Below are positions 1-11,839 of a stretch of DNA of 64,000 bases, in pieces. Position numbers and translations under genes: made by a program. The DNA comes from Macrostomum lignano (lineage: Eukaryota). Every line of letters starts with the position of its first letter. The stretch's first letter is position 1. The stretch lies in contig NIVC01003234.1 of the NCBI GenBank assembly GCA_002269645.1, positions 1 to 64,000 on the forward strand, in the 5' to 3' direction. The notes beneath the pieces were generated by a model. The model saw nothing but the letters and a program-made list of their open reading frames with translations, was not told the origin of the DNA and ran no database searches.

Positions 1-204
1 GCCAAATAGAACTCATATTTTATTTATTGAATTAATAACCGTCTTTTTTGAATCAGTCCGAACTGCAGTCGTGAAACGCATTGTCAAGTTAGTGATCAAT
101 TTTATTTTTCTTGATCCAATCTTCGAAAATCCACTGAGTTTCCTCGGCAAACTCCAGTGCGAACTGTGCCATCTGGTACATAGAATCAGGACCTCCGTGA
201 TTTT

Positions 205-3200
205 TCAGTTTGGTTTTGATTTCTTCTTGTAATCACTTGCCTTCATCTGATTGCGCCTGTGCACCATGTTGCCGTAATGCGTCCAAAGGAACAGCAGGCT
301 CCTTGCTTGCGCCATGTAAACGCCTCGCGTTGTGCAAGGAAACTCAAAATGTCGTCAGTAAGCTTTATGTTGGCCTTCTGTTGAAGGGACTTTCCCTTTG
401 TGAAGAGTGTTTTGGCCAGCTGAGTTGCCTCTTCATGAGAAATTTCGCGGGCTTCTTGGCTGAACTCGGGTTTTCTTTCAAGAGGCTTTTCTTTTCCTAT
501 CCACTCCACCACGGGTTCCAGCCTGCTGGGTGTCTGAAGTACCGTCCAGTTTTCATTTGTCAATTTCAATCCATCGTTTCTGCTGGCGTGAAAATAGTTT
601 GCTGTCGCATCTTTACCATCTACCGTTGGCAGCAGTTCAACCAATCCGTCCAAGTGCTCCTTTGCCCTCTTCAATAAGTCGATTTCAAACTGAGCGGTTT
701 GGCTGCTGCTCTCTGCTGACTTGCTCGCAGCAGTGAGGGCCCTCCGTGACAGTTTCAGCCGCATTTCTCGCATAACGACGCCGCGGTCAACTGATCTCTT
801 GGACTGCTCTATGCCCAAAAACTCTTCGATTTGCTTTTTCAAGTAACTGGCAAATTTTGCATCAGACTTGATTCGCTGCTTGCCCCCCTCACCCACAGCA
901 AGGGGCAGTGACTGCAGGTAAAACCGCTGTCTTCAGAATCAGCGCAGTTCAACATCTTTGCGCACAACTCATAAGCAGCTGTGCTGAAAGGGACTCGGAA
1001 GTCCAGCTGCTCCGGATCGTCTGTCTCGTACCGCTCCGTGGTCGGGTATTTCGGCTTACCCTTTATCAGGTAGTCGAGAATTTTTAGGAAAATGTCCTTG
1101 CAGCCGAGAGACACGAACTCCTGCAAGTTTTCAATGTTCAACTCATTTTCTTGACCCAAAATCTGCGTTAGTATCCACTCAGCCTTCACGCGCTTCTCTG
1201 GCAGCGAAGCGTTTTCATTCACGAGGTCAAGAAAATACCGTTTCGAGTCGTGAGGGACTTCAGTCTTGCGGTCAAGCAGCGACCTGCACAGATGGAAGCG
1301 GGCAAATCGCCCGTGTTCTGCGCTGAACTCAGTGGCATCTGGATTCAAAAGAGCTTTTTCGTAGACATTCTCAAATTCTTGTCGAATTCGCATCAAAGCT
1401 TTAGGTTTCAACTGAGATTTGAAGTATTTCCATTCGTCACTGCGGTCATTTATTTTATTTCTTAAGTAATTCGGTGTTTCAATTCGCCAGAAAAGGGTCT
1501 CAACTCTCTTCTTAGGTTCATTTGGTCTTGGTGAGTGGTGTAGGAACCAGAATGCGAGACTCTCGTCGGTCTTGATGCTAAAAGTCTGCCAGAACCAAGC
1601 AAGTTGAAGCTCGTCCAGATTTTTTTCATCTTTTGCAGCTGCGACCTTCGATTCAATATAGTTAATCTCCATTGGGTAAAACTTATGAGTGCAGTCTGGG
1701 TGAAGTTCCACCGCTCTGTAAAGTGTCCGCCATCCTTCCAGTGGCTTTTTGGCGAAGCAAATTTGATAGTGGCCTTTCCGAACAAGAACTTCAGCCATAA
1801 CAGATATTTTTTGGCTAAATCTCGTTGCGCTTTCATCGTACAACCGCTCGATGAAATCAGCATTATCATCGCCATCAATTTTGCTTTCCAAGTTAATGAT
1901 TTTAATCAATAGAAACTCCGACATCCAATTTCTCTGCCCGTCGGGCAATTCCTTCAATTTGCTTTTGGCGGCTGCAAATTTCTCTTTTGCTTCATCATGA
2001 CGTTTTTCCCCTTTCAATTCTTTTGCCTCAGTAAATAGCTGATCCGCTTCCATGTAATAATTTTTGCTTGCGTCTTTCAGAGCTTCCTTCACTTCATCTG
2101 CATTGTCAGTCAATCCAAGATTACGAAATACTCTTTGACAGAGATCGAATGCCTTTTTCACAGATTCGATATCGACTTCGCCTTTCATAGAAAAGGCTTC
2201 TTTAGCCAGTCGGTAGCTAAGATGCGGACGACCTGCAGTTTTGGGATTCTGAAATTCTCCAGCCTCACTTTCATCATCATCTTCCATTCCGGAGTGAGAA
2301 TCCTCTGTTTTCTGCTTTCCGTCGCGGCGAATTTCTGCCCAGATTTTTTCGGCCTCTTTCCCATTGCTTTCCTCTGCAGTGAAATTGATGAGAGCGAAGG
2401 CACAGCTGGCTAGAAAGTGGCACCTGGTGACTGGATCAGCTGGTCGAAGTCCATAAGCCAGCGCCCACAAGCGGATCTCGTACTGGTTTGGCTTCATAAT
2501 AAAGCGAGTGTCTCGCCTGATTATCGCCACTGCGTTGGCTTCGCCGAACAGAGCGGAGAGATTCTTGTTTCCGGTGAGTTTATTTGCTTTTCTACATACA
2601 GCAGCAGCCTTCTGGAGAAATTTGCGACCGAAATGGCGGTAGGACAGCGCCTCCACAATCCAGCTGTGGACCAACATTCGCTCGGACTCTGCATCCTCAG
2701 TCGCTGTCTTTTGAGCTCCTTTTGAGCTTTCTTGCTTCTTTTCACTAGCCCTCCTCATAGCATCGGTCCACTTGTGATGAAGCGCGAACCACTCTTCACT
2801 CAACTCCCTCATCGGACAGCCGCGCTGCCGGCGGATCCACAGTCGCAGAGCATCAACGATAAATTTGCAATCGAGAATTTCGTCAACCGGTTGATTCACT
2901 TCAGCTGAGGTGTCACTGCCGCTGCTGCTGCCGCAGTCAATTTGCATGCCTTCGTACTGATCTTCCTCTGCGGACGCAGCTGTTTCTGAAGGACTCTCTT
3001 GACTTCTGGAACAAATTTGTTCAGCAAGTTTCAGATGTTCTTCTGCTTTTTTGTAATCGACTTTAAAGGTCGGCCGCGTGTATAAATAAGCGATGATGGT
3101 GTGATATGCTGATCTGTTGAGCGGGTCGGATTTGATTTTCTCCTCGGCAGTTTCAATATAGCCTGCGCACTTCTCCGGGCTGATAAATTCCTCGCTCAGC

Positions 3201-3237
3201 CACAAAAACTGGCACTGAAGCTCTGGCAGCGATTCGT
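205..3237 (-). CDS. IFIT-like TPR protein, main large exon (~1010 codons); apparent 1-nt deletions at ~930 and ~317 join ORFs 839..3205, 243..896 and a final frame ending at TGA 205-207
   Basis: Reading upstream of the ORF call gives ESLPELQCQFLW, then YHTIIAYLY..YKKAEEHLKLAEQI, EALSYRHFGRKFLQKAAAVCRKA and LAYGLRPADPVTRCHFLA. These are collinear with the IFIT5-type motifs LELECHFTW, YNLLAYVK..ALECLEQAEEII, KGWALLKFGGKYYQKAKAAFEKA and AVTLNPDNSYIKVFLA (recalled, aligned by eye). Pyrimidine-rich acceptor ttttctgcttccag ends at 3238. Confidence 0.7.
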
Positions 3238-3350
3238 CTGGAAGCAGAAAATGTTGTTTGTTTATTGTTTGTAGTTTGTAAATGCGATTTAATGCTTGCT
3301 TGCATGACCAGGATTACAGGGTTACCGCCTCCATTTTTTGGGGCGGTGCC

Positions 3351-3890
3351 TACATAGGGCTGGCTGTGGGATCAGTGACTGCATGGGGCTGGCTGTGGGA
3401 TCAGTGACTGCATGGGGCTGGCTGTGGGATCAGTGACTGCATGGGGCTGGCTGTGGGATCAGTGACTGCATGGGGCTGGCTGTGGGATCAGTGACTACAT
3501 AGGGCTGGCTGTGGGATCAGTGACTACATAGGGCTGGCTGTGGGATCAGTGACTGCATGGGGCTGGCTGTGGGATCAGTGACTGCATCGGGCTGGCTGTG
3601 GGATCAGTGACTGCATGGGGCTGACTGTGGGATCAGTGACTGCATGGGGCCGGCTGTGGGATCAGTGACTGCATGGGGCTGGCTGTGGGATCATTGACTG
3701 CATGGGGCTGGCTGTGGGATCATTGACTGCATGGGGCTGGCTGTGGGATCATTGACTGCATGGGGCTGGCTGTGGGATCAGTGACTGCATGGGGCTGGCT
3801 GTGGGATCATTGACTGCATGGGGCTGGCTGTGGGATCATTGACTGCATGGGGCTGGCTGTGGGATCAGTGACTGCATTGGGCTGGCTGTG
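3351..3890. repeat. 29-bp tandem repeat (ggggctggctgtgggatcagtgactgcat), intronic in the IFIT-like gene
   Basis: About 18 visible copies. Confidence 0.95.
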
Positions 3891-3932
3891 CATGGAAGTA
3901 AAGCAGGATAAAAAAGAAAATTGAGAACTTAC

Positions 3933-4621
3933 AGCTGAACTCATTGATGCTAACTTTGCTTTTCGTGTCGATATGGATTTCTTTCTTCTCGGTATTCTCA
4001 ACATTGCTCTCTACCTTGAATGGTGTGCAGAAAGTTGAAGTTGAGAGCCTTTCAAATGTACATTGGGGCCATACATGAATAATGTGACAAGATCTAGCTC
4101 GTTCAATGTCAGTGTTGCGGATTGAATGTCTGTTTTCTGTAGTTCTAGCTCTTTTGTATAAGCTGATAGTCGACGTGTCAAATTGCATACGCCAACCAAT
4201 GGGATATTTACAACGATGATTTGGCAGCTTTTAGGATGACTCATAGGGGAGTTCCCCTTTTGAGAGGCTGTGCGGAAGTTCCCTTTTTCTGAGAACAATG
4301 GAGACTGTATGCGGGTTTTTCCCTGAACCCTGAACCCTGAACCCTGAACCCTGAACAATCAGGGTATGAAAGTTCTGAATTAGTCAGCCTCCTCTTCAAT
4401 TCTCTTCAGTACTCTCAAAATCACTATTGTTCTGCTCTGAATCTACACTCCTCTCTTCCCAATCTTCATCATTTAAATATTCGGCGATGGATACTACGAT
4501 TTCTCCATATTCTTCTTTTAGCTCACAAATATCATCAATTTCTAGGGGGGGGGGGATAACTTGACTTCGGTTTTATCTGAAATGGCAATTCTCTAGAAAT
4601 AGTATCAAGAGAGTCGGTCAT
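3933..4621 (-). CDS. Candidate upstream coding exon of the IFIT-like gene (several apparent indels)
   Basis: Strong donor T|GTAAGT at 3933/3932 is phase 1, matching the phase-1 acceptor at 3238 (T+AC=Tyr). ORF pieces 3865..4188 and 4011..4358 and upstream pieces (MTDSLDTISRELPFQ.., IAEYLNDEDWEER..) can be chained with 1-nt corrections. ATG at 4621. Confidence 0.4.
4321..4355. repeat. (CCCTGAA)5 heptamer microsatellite
   Basis: Five perfect copies. Confidence 0.9.
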
Positions 4622-6007
4622 TTTGAATATTTAGAATTTTTTTATTTAAAAAAAAAAAATTTTGCCATTTTTATGAAATTATTTCGATATTTTTTACACA
4701 CTGATAATGAGTTTTACAAAATCCTGGAAAAGTTTTACACGTTGAAAATGAGTTTTACAAATAATCGATACTCATTAACATGCTTCAAGAGGGGGGGTTA
4801 AGGTTATAGAAAAACTCTCCAGAATTTTTCAGTGAGTCTGCGTCAGGAGTCAGGTGACGTTACCAAAGTCCCTATGAAAATTTTTGACCCTGAAAATGTT
4901 CGACACATCAAAAAATAACTCTTTATTTAATGATTGGAATTTAAGGTTCTTAGTGGTGGCAGTGGCAGTGGCACTACCATTTGTCAAAGTAGTTGGGTTT
5001 TTATTAATGATTGGAATTTAAGGTTTTCAAGGGTAGCTGAGATCGCTACCTAGAAAATAGGGCTATTTACAAAATCAGAATAGTTTGGAAACTGCCAGTG
5101 CCACTGCCACATCTGCCACACACCTTGGGCTGCCCAAGAGTGTGTTATGGTCAGCTTCAATATATACCAATACTACTCAGGATGATGTAGAGATCAAAAG
5201 ACCTTATGAAAGACTCATTGCTAAGCAGACTGATGCGTTGGGTAAATGAACAGAGGAACATCGAATCAATGCTTTTTCTATAATCTCACCTCAAGGTTCA
5301 AGCTGTCCACATATTCCATCTATCCTGCCGACCGGACAGGAATTCTGCAGGTGCGCAAGATTAGGACTCCTAGAAAGTCAGCTCTATATAAAAATACAGC
5401 ATAGGTGTGGTGTCCTGGCATGCACTCACCTACGCCTTCTTTGTGGATGTTGGCAGTCTGGTATTAAAAAGTTTCAGACGATCCGGTGGCTCGAGATGTC
5501 ATCAAAACCAGCAGCCACGGTAAATGAAAAAGCTACGCTGCAGCGAGCGGGGCGCGTGGTTCCTTTTGTCTACTTTAGGGGCTGACACAGCAGAGACTCC
5601 AATGTAATGTAGTAAAGCAAGATGGCGAGAAGCACTTACGAGCGCTTCTTACGGGGGTCTTTCTTGCTTTGCTCTCGGCTGAGAACGAACAGAGGAGCGA
5701 CCACTGACGGAGCATAAGTCAAGGGTTTTAAAGCTAACCGCCAACCCCCCGCCCCACACCGAAGTCAGCCGCAACCCCTAGCACACATTGCACGCGGCCT
5801 ATAGCCTACAGCCGCCCACAAAGCAACACTAAACAGACGGTAATCCTCGGTGAGTCAGATGCTACATTGTTCCTTATAAACTTTCAGTTCCATGCGCCAT
5901 GGACGACTTTGATTTAAGCAACGGGACAGGAAACGAAACTATAATTATTTTATTTCTGTAACAACATGGGGCGAACTCTTACAATCGCTGGACACGCATT
6001 TTATATA

Positions 6008-6659
6008 TACTCAGCAACAGCTAAACCCCCCCAAACTCACGCTGTCACACGGCCCAAAAGTTTTGTATGCCATCGGTGACTCAGAAATGTGTGAAGGCTG
6101 CCGCCGCCAGACGCGAGCGCAAAGTGCGGCATGGGGGATTTGGGGAGGGTGTGGCGCAACTCAACCCACTGGTGGCTGCATTGCGCAATGGTAAACCATC
6201 AGAGCTACAGCTACAGCAGCAGTTTCTGCCATTTGCTACGACAACCTTTGGCGGCCCGCAGAACTGCATTCTTCAAGACGACAACGCTGCGCCACATCGA
6301 GCAGCACACGTGCAGCTGCTGAAGGAGCAGCTCGGCATTCGCACATTGAACTGGCCGTCAAAGTCTCCAGACATGAACCCCATCGAGCATGTCTGGGACT
6401 TTGTAAAGCGAAGAGTTCAGCAGGATGCCCCACAGAATGCTGAACAGTTGCGACTGGCGGTGCTGAATGTCTGGCAGCAGCTGCCCAAGAGTTCATCAAC
6501 CGGCTGGTGATCAGGATGCCACGAGCCCACGACGAGTCACGGCACTTTTGCATGCTCGTGGTTCCTACACACGATACTGAGACTAGAATTAAAGACATTG
6601 CTTAACTGTTGTGCCCGTGTGACAGCGTGAGTTGGGGGGGGGTTAGCTGTTGCTGAGTA
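6008..6659 (+). mobile_element. Tc1/mariner (DD34E) internally deleted element
   Basis: TIRs tactcagcaacagctaa...ttagctgttgctgagta with flanking TA. The remnant encodes QDDNAAPH..WPSKSPDMNPIEHVW, with 34 residues between D and E. Confidence 0.92.
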
Positions 6660-7397
6660 TATTTTGGAGTTACAATAGAATTGGGGTGACGGAATTGGGG
6701 TGGCGGAATTGGGGTGGCGGCATCCAACCCCACTCCGCAGCCAATCAGACCGCCCGGGTGTACCACTGGGCTATCATACCATGCGTACGCACACTGCATA
6801 ATCGAGCGGACGGCACAGCAGGACTCACCTGTCACGGCTATCTTCTGCTGGACCCTGAGCTACTAAGTGAAAATAAGCAAATCCAAGGAAATATTTCGAA
6901 TCAACCAAGAATTCGAGAATCTGCTCCGTGCATTTCGACCCAACAGACTTTGTAGAGGCTTGCTGGACACAAGTCCGAGGCGAAAGAGGACAATAAAAAA
7001 TTGTCCAAGCGCCACTTAAAGGCAGGAGCGATTCCGTCTTTTCCCAATGCTCAATGATTAAATTTAAACTGAAATAATTCGAAATGATTCGAATTAATAA
7101 TTAGCACTGGTTTAACGCGAATAAACTCGAGCAGTTAAATCTTAATGAATAATTAAGATGATACATTGAGGAATGATTGAGTTAGTCAGAGGGAGACGAA
7201 GATAAGTCTTCCCTGAGGCTGGCCTACATCCCAAGTCCTACTCTCGGAAGCTGAGGACGCTCACTGATTGACAGTGAAGACTCGACCAAATCCTATCAAG
7301 TCTACATGGGTTTCACCTTCGAGTGAAACACCGCCCGGGGTCCTCGGTGACGTGGTCGAGTACCGTGTGCCAACTTTCAGAGATTGAGCTTCTATTT

Positions 7398-7566
7398 CTA
7401 GACCACAGATACTAAATACCGATATCTAGTAGCGATTGGCTGCTGATAAAAATTAGGGATTTCAGCATTAAATTCAGCATTGCGCTTTCGTGCCTACTAA
7501 AAGTAGCTTTAAAAAAGGAAATTTACAAGCGACGAGTACAGCGTGTATTTAGTATCTGTGATCTAG
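7398..7566. mobile_element. MITE-like element with 22-bp terminal inverted repeats
   Basis: ctagaccacagatactaaatac (7398-7419) versus gtatttagtatctgtgatctag (7545-7566), one mismatch. Confidence 0.6.
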
Positions 7567-9651
7567 GCAGCGATACTCGAAACAAACCGCCGAAGAACGT
7601 TACGCTGGCAAGACTACTGCGGTCTGGCAGGGTAAGCGCAGGCATTCCGGGGCGGAGTCAACGCGCTTTCAATGCGCGGAACGTCGCCTAATGAGGTGGA
7701 TTGAAAAACGGGAGATTGAAAAGAAGACAGGAGAGAGGAAGAGGAGAAACCCCCTCCAAGCCCGTTGCATGGTGGGTTGGCTGGCCTTGCCCGATCTGTA
7801 ACTCCGATTGCACTGGACCCACAACGCTCTCAGCCCTTATAAGCTAGATTTCGCTCTTCAGCCGTGCCACGTGCTCGAGGGCTTCTGCATGATTGGTCGG
7901 CTGATTTAAAGTCGGGGTAAACTTTAGTGGGGTGCAGACCGCGTGACCCTTCGCTGGGCCAAGCCGGTTTTCTGAAGTCGCATTTTGACCAATTCACTGA
8001 CATGTACCCTTTGTCTTAAGCTCTTAGTCTGACCTTAAAAAAAGAACAAAATATCAATAACTAATATCAAATAACAAATAGCAACAAATGATAACAAATT
8101 GCGCAAGATGCTGACACTACATACTGTACGTCCTCACATCCTTTATATAATAGTACACATGTGGGTACGTCCCAAAACTTTCATGTACGTGTAGGTCTAG
8201 TCAATATAATGCAACTCGATTTTCTATTTGGTTCCTTCTCATAACGTGAATTTTAGCTTTATCTCTGCACATCTGTATCCAGTGCTCAATTCTAATGAGT
8301 TTTACGATCAAAATACAATTTAGAGAATAGTCATGTAACTGCATTATATCGGCGGTAAGCTAGCTGGTGGTGTTATGGTGGTGATTATTAACAGTGTGAT
8401 GATTAAGGTTTAGGAGTCAAATTGAACAGAATTGTATTGAAGCTTCTTTGGGTACACTTTTATTAATGTATGTTAATATTTAAAGAAGCAAATAGGATGG
8501 ATTTTTAAGAGGAACATCGATTGAGAGGACTGGCGAATCCGAGATTGGGATGACGAATCTTACTAATCCTAAACTTTCTGAAGTCAAACCTACTGTATAT
8601 CTATATCTAGAATTTTTAAATAATAAATTTAATGTAATCTATAATACAACTTTTTACGAACTTTGGAAGTCTCTATACTATACTGTAATTAATTGTTTTA
8701 ACGATCAAATTGAGTCCGTAGTTTATTATCCGTTTTAAATGTAAATTTTTGCTCAATTATTTAAGTCAATTTTATTATGAAACCTCGTTAAATAAAACAA
8801 TAAGCTTTTACGACAATTATTATATGAGCTATATATATTAGTGGATCGACTAACACTATTCAATGTTTTATTTAGTTACATATAACAGTATTTTATCATT
8901 ATTGCTCAGGATCTTGAGTTGATCCAGAAAGGTATCAAGTTAATGGACTATAGATGCGTTTGATATTGGATCTTAGATTTATGTGTATAACATTTATATT
9001 TAATTTAATATCGGTTATATTTTTAAACAATTGTACGTGTCTGTTTATATTGTGTTGAAAAGTCAATCATTATCACACAATAATATTTACATTCAAGGTA
9101 AATCTATATCCAGCCTTCTGAAGTGTATAAAATGTATAGAAAAATCGAAATTATACATTTGTCTTATGCAAAAATCAATTCAGTTAATATTATATTAAAA
9201 ACACAAAAATTCAACCTAATTTATCCTGTTTAAGTTTTCAACCTCCAAACAACTGTTACTAAGTGAAGAAGGCATTTATATTAAATTTCTTATCAAAAGC
9301 TTATAAAGTGGAGCTTCATTTTGATAATATCTGAATGAGTGTGTTAATAATGACCAGCTCAAATTGTAGCCAGTGAGAACCATAAATGATAGTTGAAAGC
9401 ATCCATGATGTTGATTTTTCGTTTAATTCTTAAGTCATGATGCAGATTGGCCTTAAAAGTATTAGTATTTTTTAATTTGAATTTTGTTGTATCAAGTGTT
9501 AATAAATAATTTATTAACTATCAATTTTATTAATTTACACACTATATTTTAACAAAATAATTGTGCAGCATTGCTTATTTTTGCAAATTGTGTTTTATGT
9601 TCAAGGCTGTATAATTAATGGCACTATGATGCCTTAACTTACCTGCATGCA

Positions 9652-11839
9652 ATGGCCACAGAAGATGAGATTGAAGATGGGCCTGGAGCCGCCTACCAGG
9701 TCTTCCTCAACATGGAAGCAGTGCTTGACAACCTAAAGCTATTGGACTATGACAGGGAATATTGCAAGTAAGCAAAAAAACAGCCATATTGGAGCCAGAC
9801 TGCAGTTCATATCTGAGTCCATGAGCATTTTTCAATTGAATTTAGCAGCAATTTCACTACAAGTCACCCCTGATTTTTATAAACAGGCAGCTGCACCACA
9901 AACCCATCTCGCGGCACTACTTCGCCATGGCAACCAACTCGGGCGAGCAGTTCCACGCCTTCGGCTGCCTGGCCTCCTGGCTGGTCCGGATGGGCGGCAA
10001 AGACATGGAGGAGCCGCAGGAGTACGACGACCCCAACGCCATCGTCAGCGGCATTCTGGACGCCGTGCGCAGTCTTGGGCACAGCATCGACTTTCCGCCG
10101 AGCAAGCTGAAGTCCGGCTCGGGACCGCAGGTGGTGTACGTGCTGCTCAAGCTCTCAGAGGAGGCTCTTCAGGTGAGCGTGATCTTTTATAGCGTGAAAT
10201 AAATCGATAACTAAATCTATCAGATATAACAATCAACGCGTTTGATTCTGGCGCCGGGACCCCTAGTTTCGTGCGCGGTCGCATTAATTTGGGGCTTGTG
10301 TGCACGAAAAGATTTACACCCATGAGGGAGTTGAGCAATGGGCAGAATTGCCTCACCGCTCGCTAGCTGTGGGACGGTGTCGTCGAAGGCGTTGCGTCTG
10401 GGGCCTACAAACCTGCAATTAGTATTTTTAATAACACTTAATATTTTCTTGACTTACAAAAATGTAAAACGAGGTTACATTCTGCAGGGTAGCCAGCGAT
10501 TCTCTCTCTAGCTAAACTATGTGCGGAGAAAAACAGCAGCTATCGCTTATTTATACACCTTAGAAGCATTGAGCCAAGCTTCGAACTTCAGACAGAAGGA
10601 ACTTCCTTTCATTCAGAAATTTCATGCCTAACAGCTTTTCAGTCTTTCTGTCGGTAGATCCGGCTGCAGAGTTTCCAACCCCACCCACCCACCTGTCGCA
10701 GGTGCGCCGGTTCGTGTTCGACAAGCCGCGCTACCCGACTGACGCCGGCGAGGACCACGTCGATGTCATCGAGGACGAGTCGGAGTCGGCGGTGAAGACT
10801 CTGGACGACCAGGGCGGCGTGGCCGACGAGTTCTCCGACGACGACTTCATCGAGGATGAGGACAACGTGCCGGACGTGGACGGCCTGGCCAAGATGGCCG
10901 CCGCAGCGTCCGCGGCCGCCGGAGGCTCCCAGGGCGACGCCGTGCTGAAGCCGGAGGTGATCCTGGAGTCCAACACCGACTCCACCGAATGGATGCTGGA
11001 GGTGGAGCGGGTGCAGCCGCAGCTCAAAGTTGTTCTGCGCGCCGAGGGCAAGGACTGGCGGGTGCACCTGGACTCCATGCACCAGTATCAGAAGGCTATC
11101 GGAGACTGCTATGGACAGGTTGGTGGCCTGTCTGCCTCCGCCCCGCTCTCCCCCTCTGCTGTTCTTCTGTTCCACCGCGTCGTTTTGTCATCTTCATGGC
11201 CACATCTGACTCCATTGACTCACTGGCGCTCTTGGTCTCCTTGACCTTCACTGCCCTCCGTGCCTACCTCCCTGACTCTCCCATCACTGACACCCCAATC
11301 GCTGACTCCTCAATCGCTGACTTCTCAACCGCTGACTCCTCCATCTATGACTCCCCCATCTGTGACCCCCCATCTCTGAATCCGCAACGCTCACTCCTCG
11401 ATGCCAGGTCCAGCAGCAGCTGAAGCGCATGGAGGAGGACATCGGACGCAGTCTGGAGAAGCTGGGCAGCAGAGAGAAGTATCTCAACAGCCAGGTGGAA
11501 GGCGCGCTAAGGGAGCTCCGGGCCGCGCAGGACCGCCTGGCCGAGGCCCGCGAGCGCTACAAGCAGGCCTCCGGGGGCATCAACGACCGCGGCCGGCAGC
11601 TGCAGGAGATCTCCGAGGAGCTGGAGCGAGTGAAATCCGAGATGGAGGAGCGCGGAAACTCAATGACGGACGGCTCGCCGCTGATGCGAATCAAGAAGGC
11701 CCTGCAGCGGTTGAAGAACGAGCTCAAGGAGATGGACATCCGGGCCGGGGTCCTTCAGCACATCCTGCTGCAGACCAAACTGCGGGAGAAGACGCTGCGG
11801 GGTGCCATGGCAACCGAAGAGGCTGGCTACCTGTTCTGA
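9652..11839 (+). CDS. IFT57: Intraflagellar transport protein 57 (HIPPI); exons 9652-9767, 9887-10172, 10702-11118, 11408-11839
   Basis: GPGAAYQVF, SRHYFAM.TNSGEQF, QEYDDPNA, DFPPSKLKSG, EWMLEVERVQPQLKV, KDWRVHLDSM, LEKLGSREKYLN and SMTDGSPL match IFT57. All introns are GT-AG with consistent phases. Confidence 0.95.
10250..10415 (+). mobile_element. Diverged relative of the SINE at 17328, in IFT57 intron 2
   Basis: Shares the blocks cattaatttggggct (10282-10296) and aatgggcag..gcctc (10337-10354) with the full SINE. Confidence 0.4.

Noticed and set aside
915-940. Programmed -1 ribosomal frameshift between the two IFIT-like ORFs
   Set aside because: There is no proper X XXY YYZ slippery heptamer, and the same 1-nt-deletion pattern occurs in conserved genes such as ANKRD27, so sequence error is more likely.
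4321-4355. (TTCAGGG)n as an interstitial telomere
   Set aside because: Only five copies, and it differs from the typical metazoan TTAGGG.
7250-7330. Hammerhead ribozyme
   Set aside because: CTGAGGA and GAAAC are present but not arranged around a proper stem II and stem III; kept only as a generic structured element.
8040-9640. Very AT-rich tract upstream of IFT57 as foreign or organellar DNA
   Set aside because: No recognisable ORF, RNA gene or terminal repeats; similar composition occurs at 13.4-16.6 kb.
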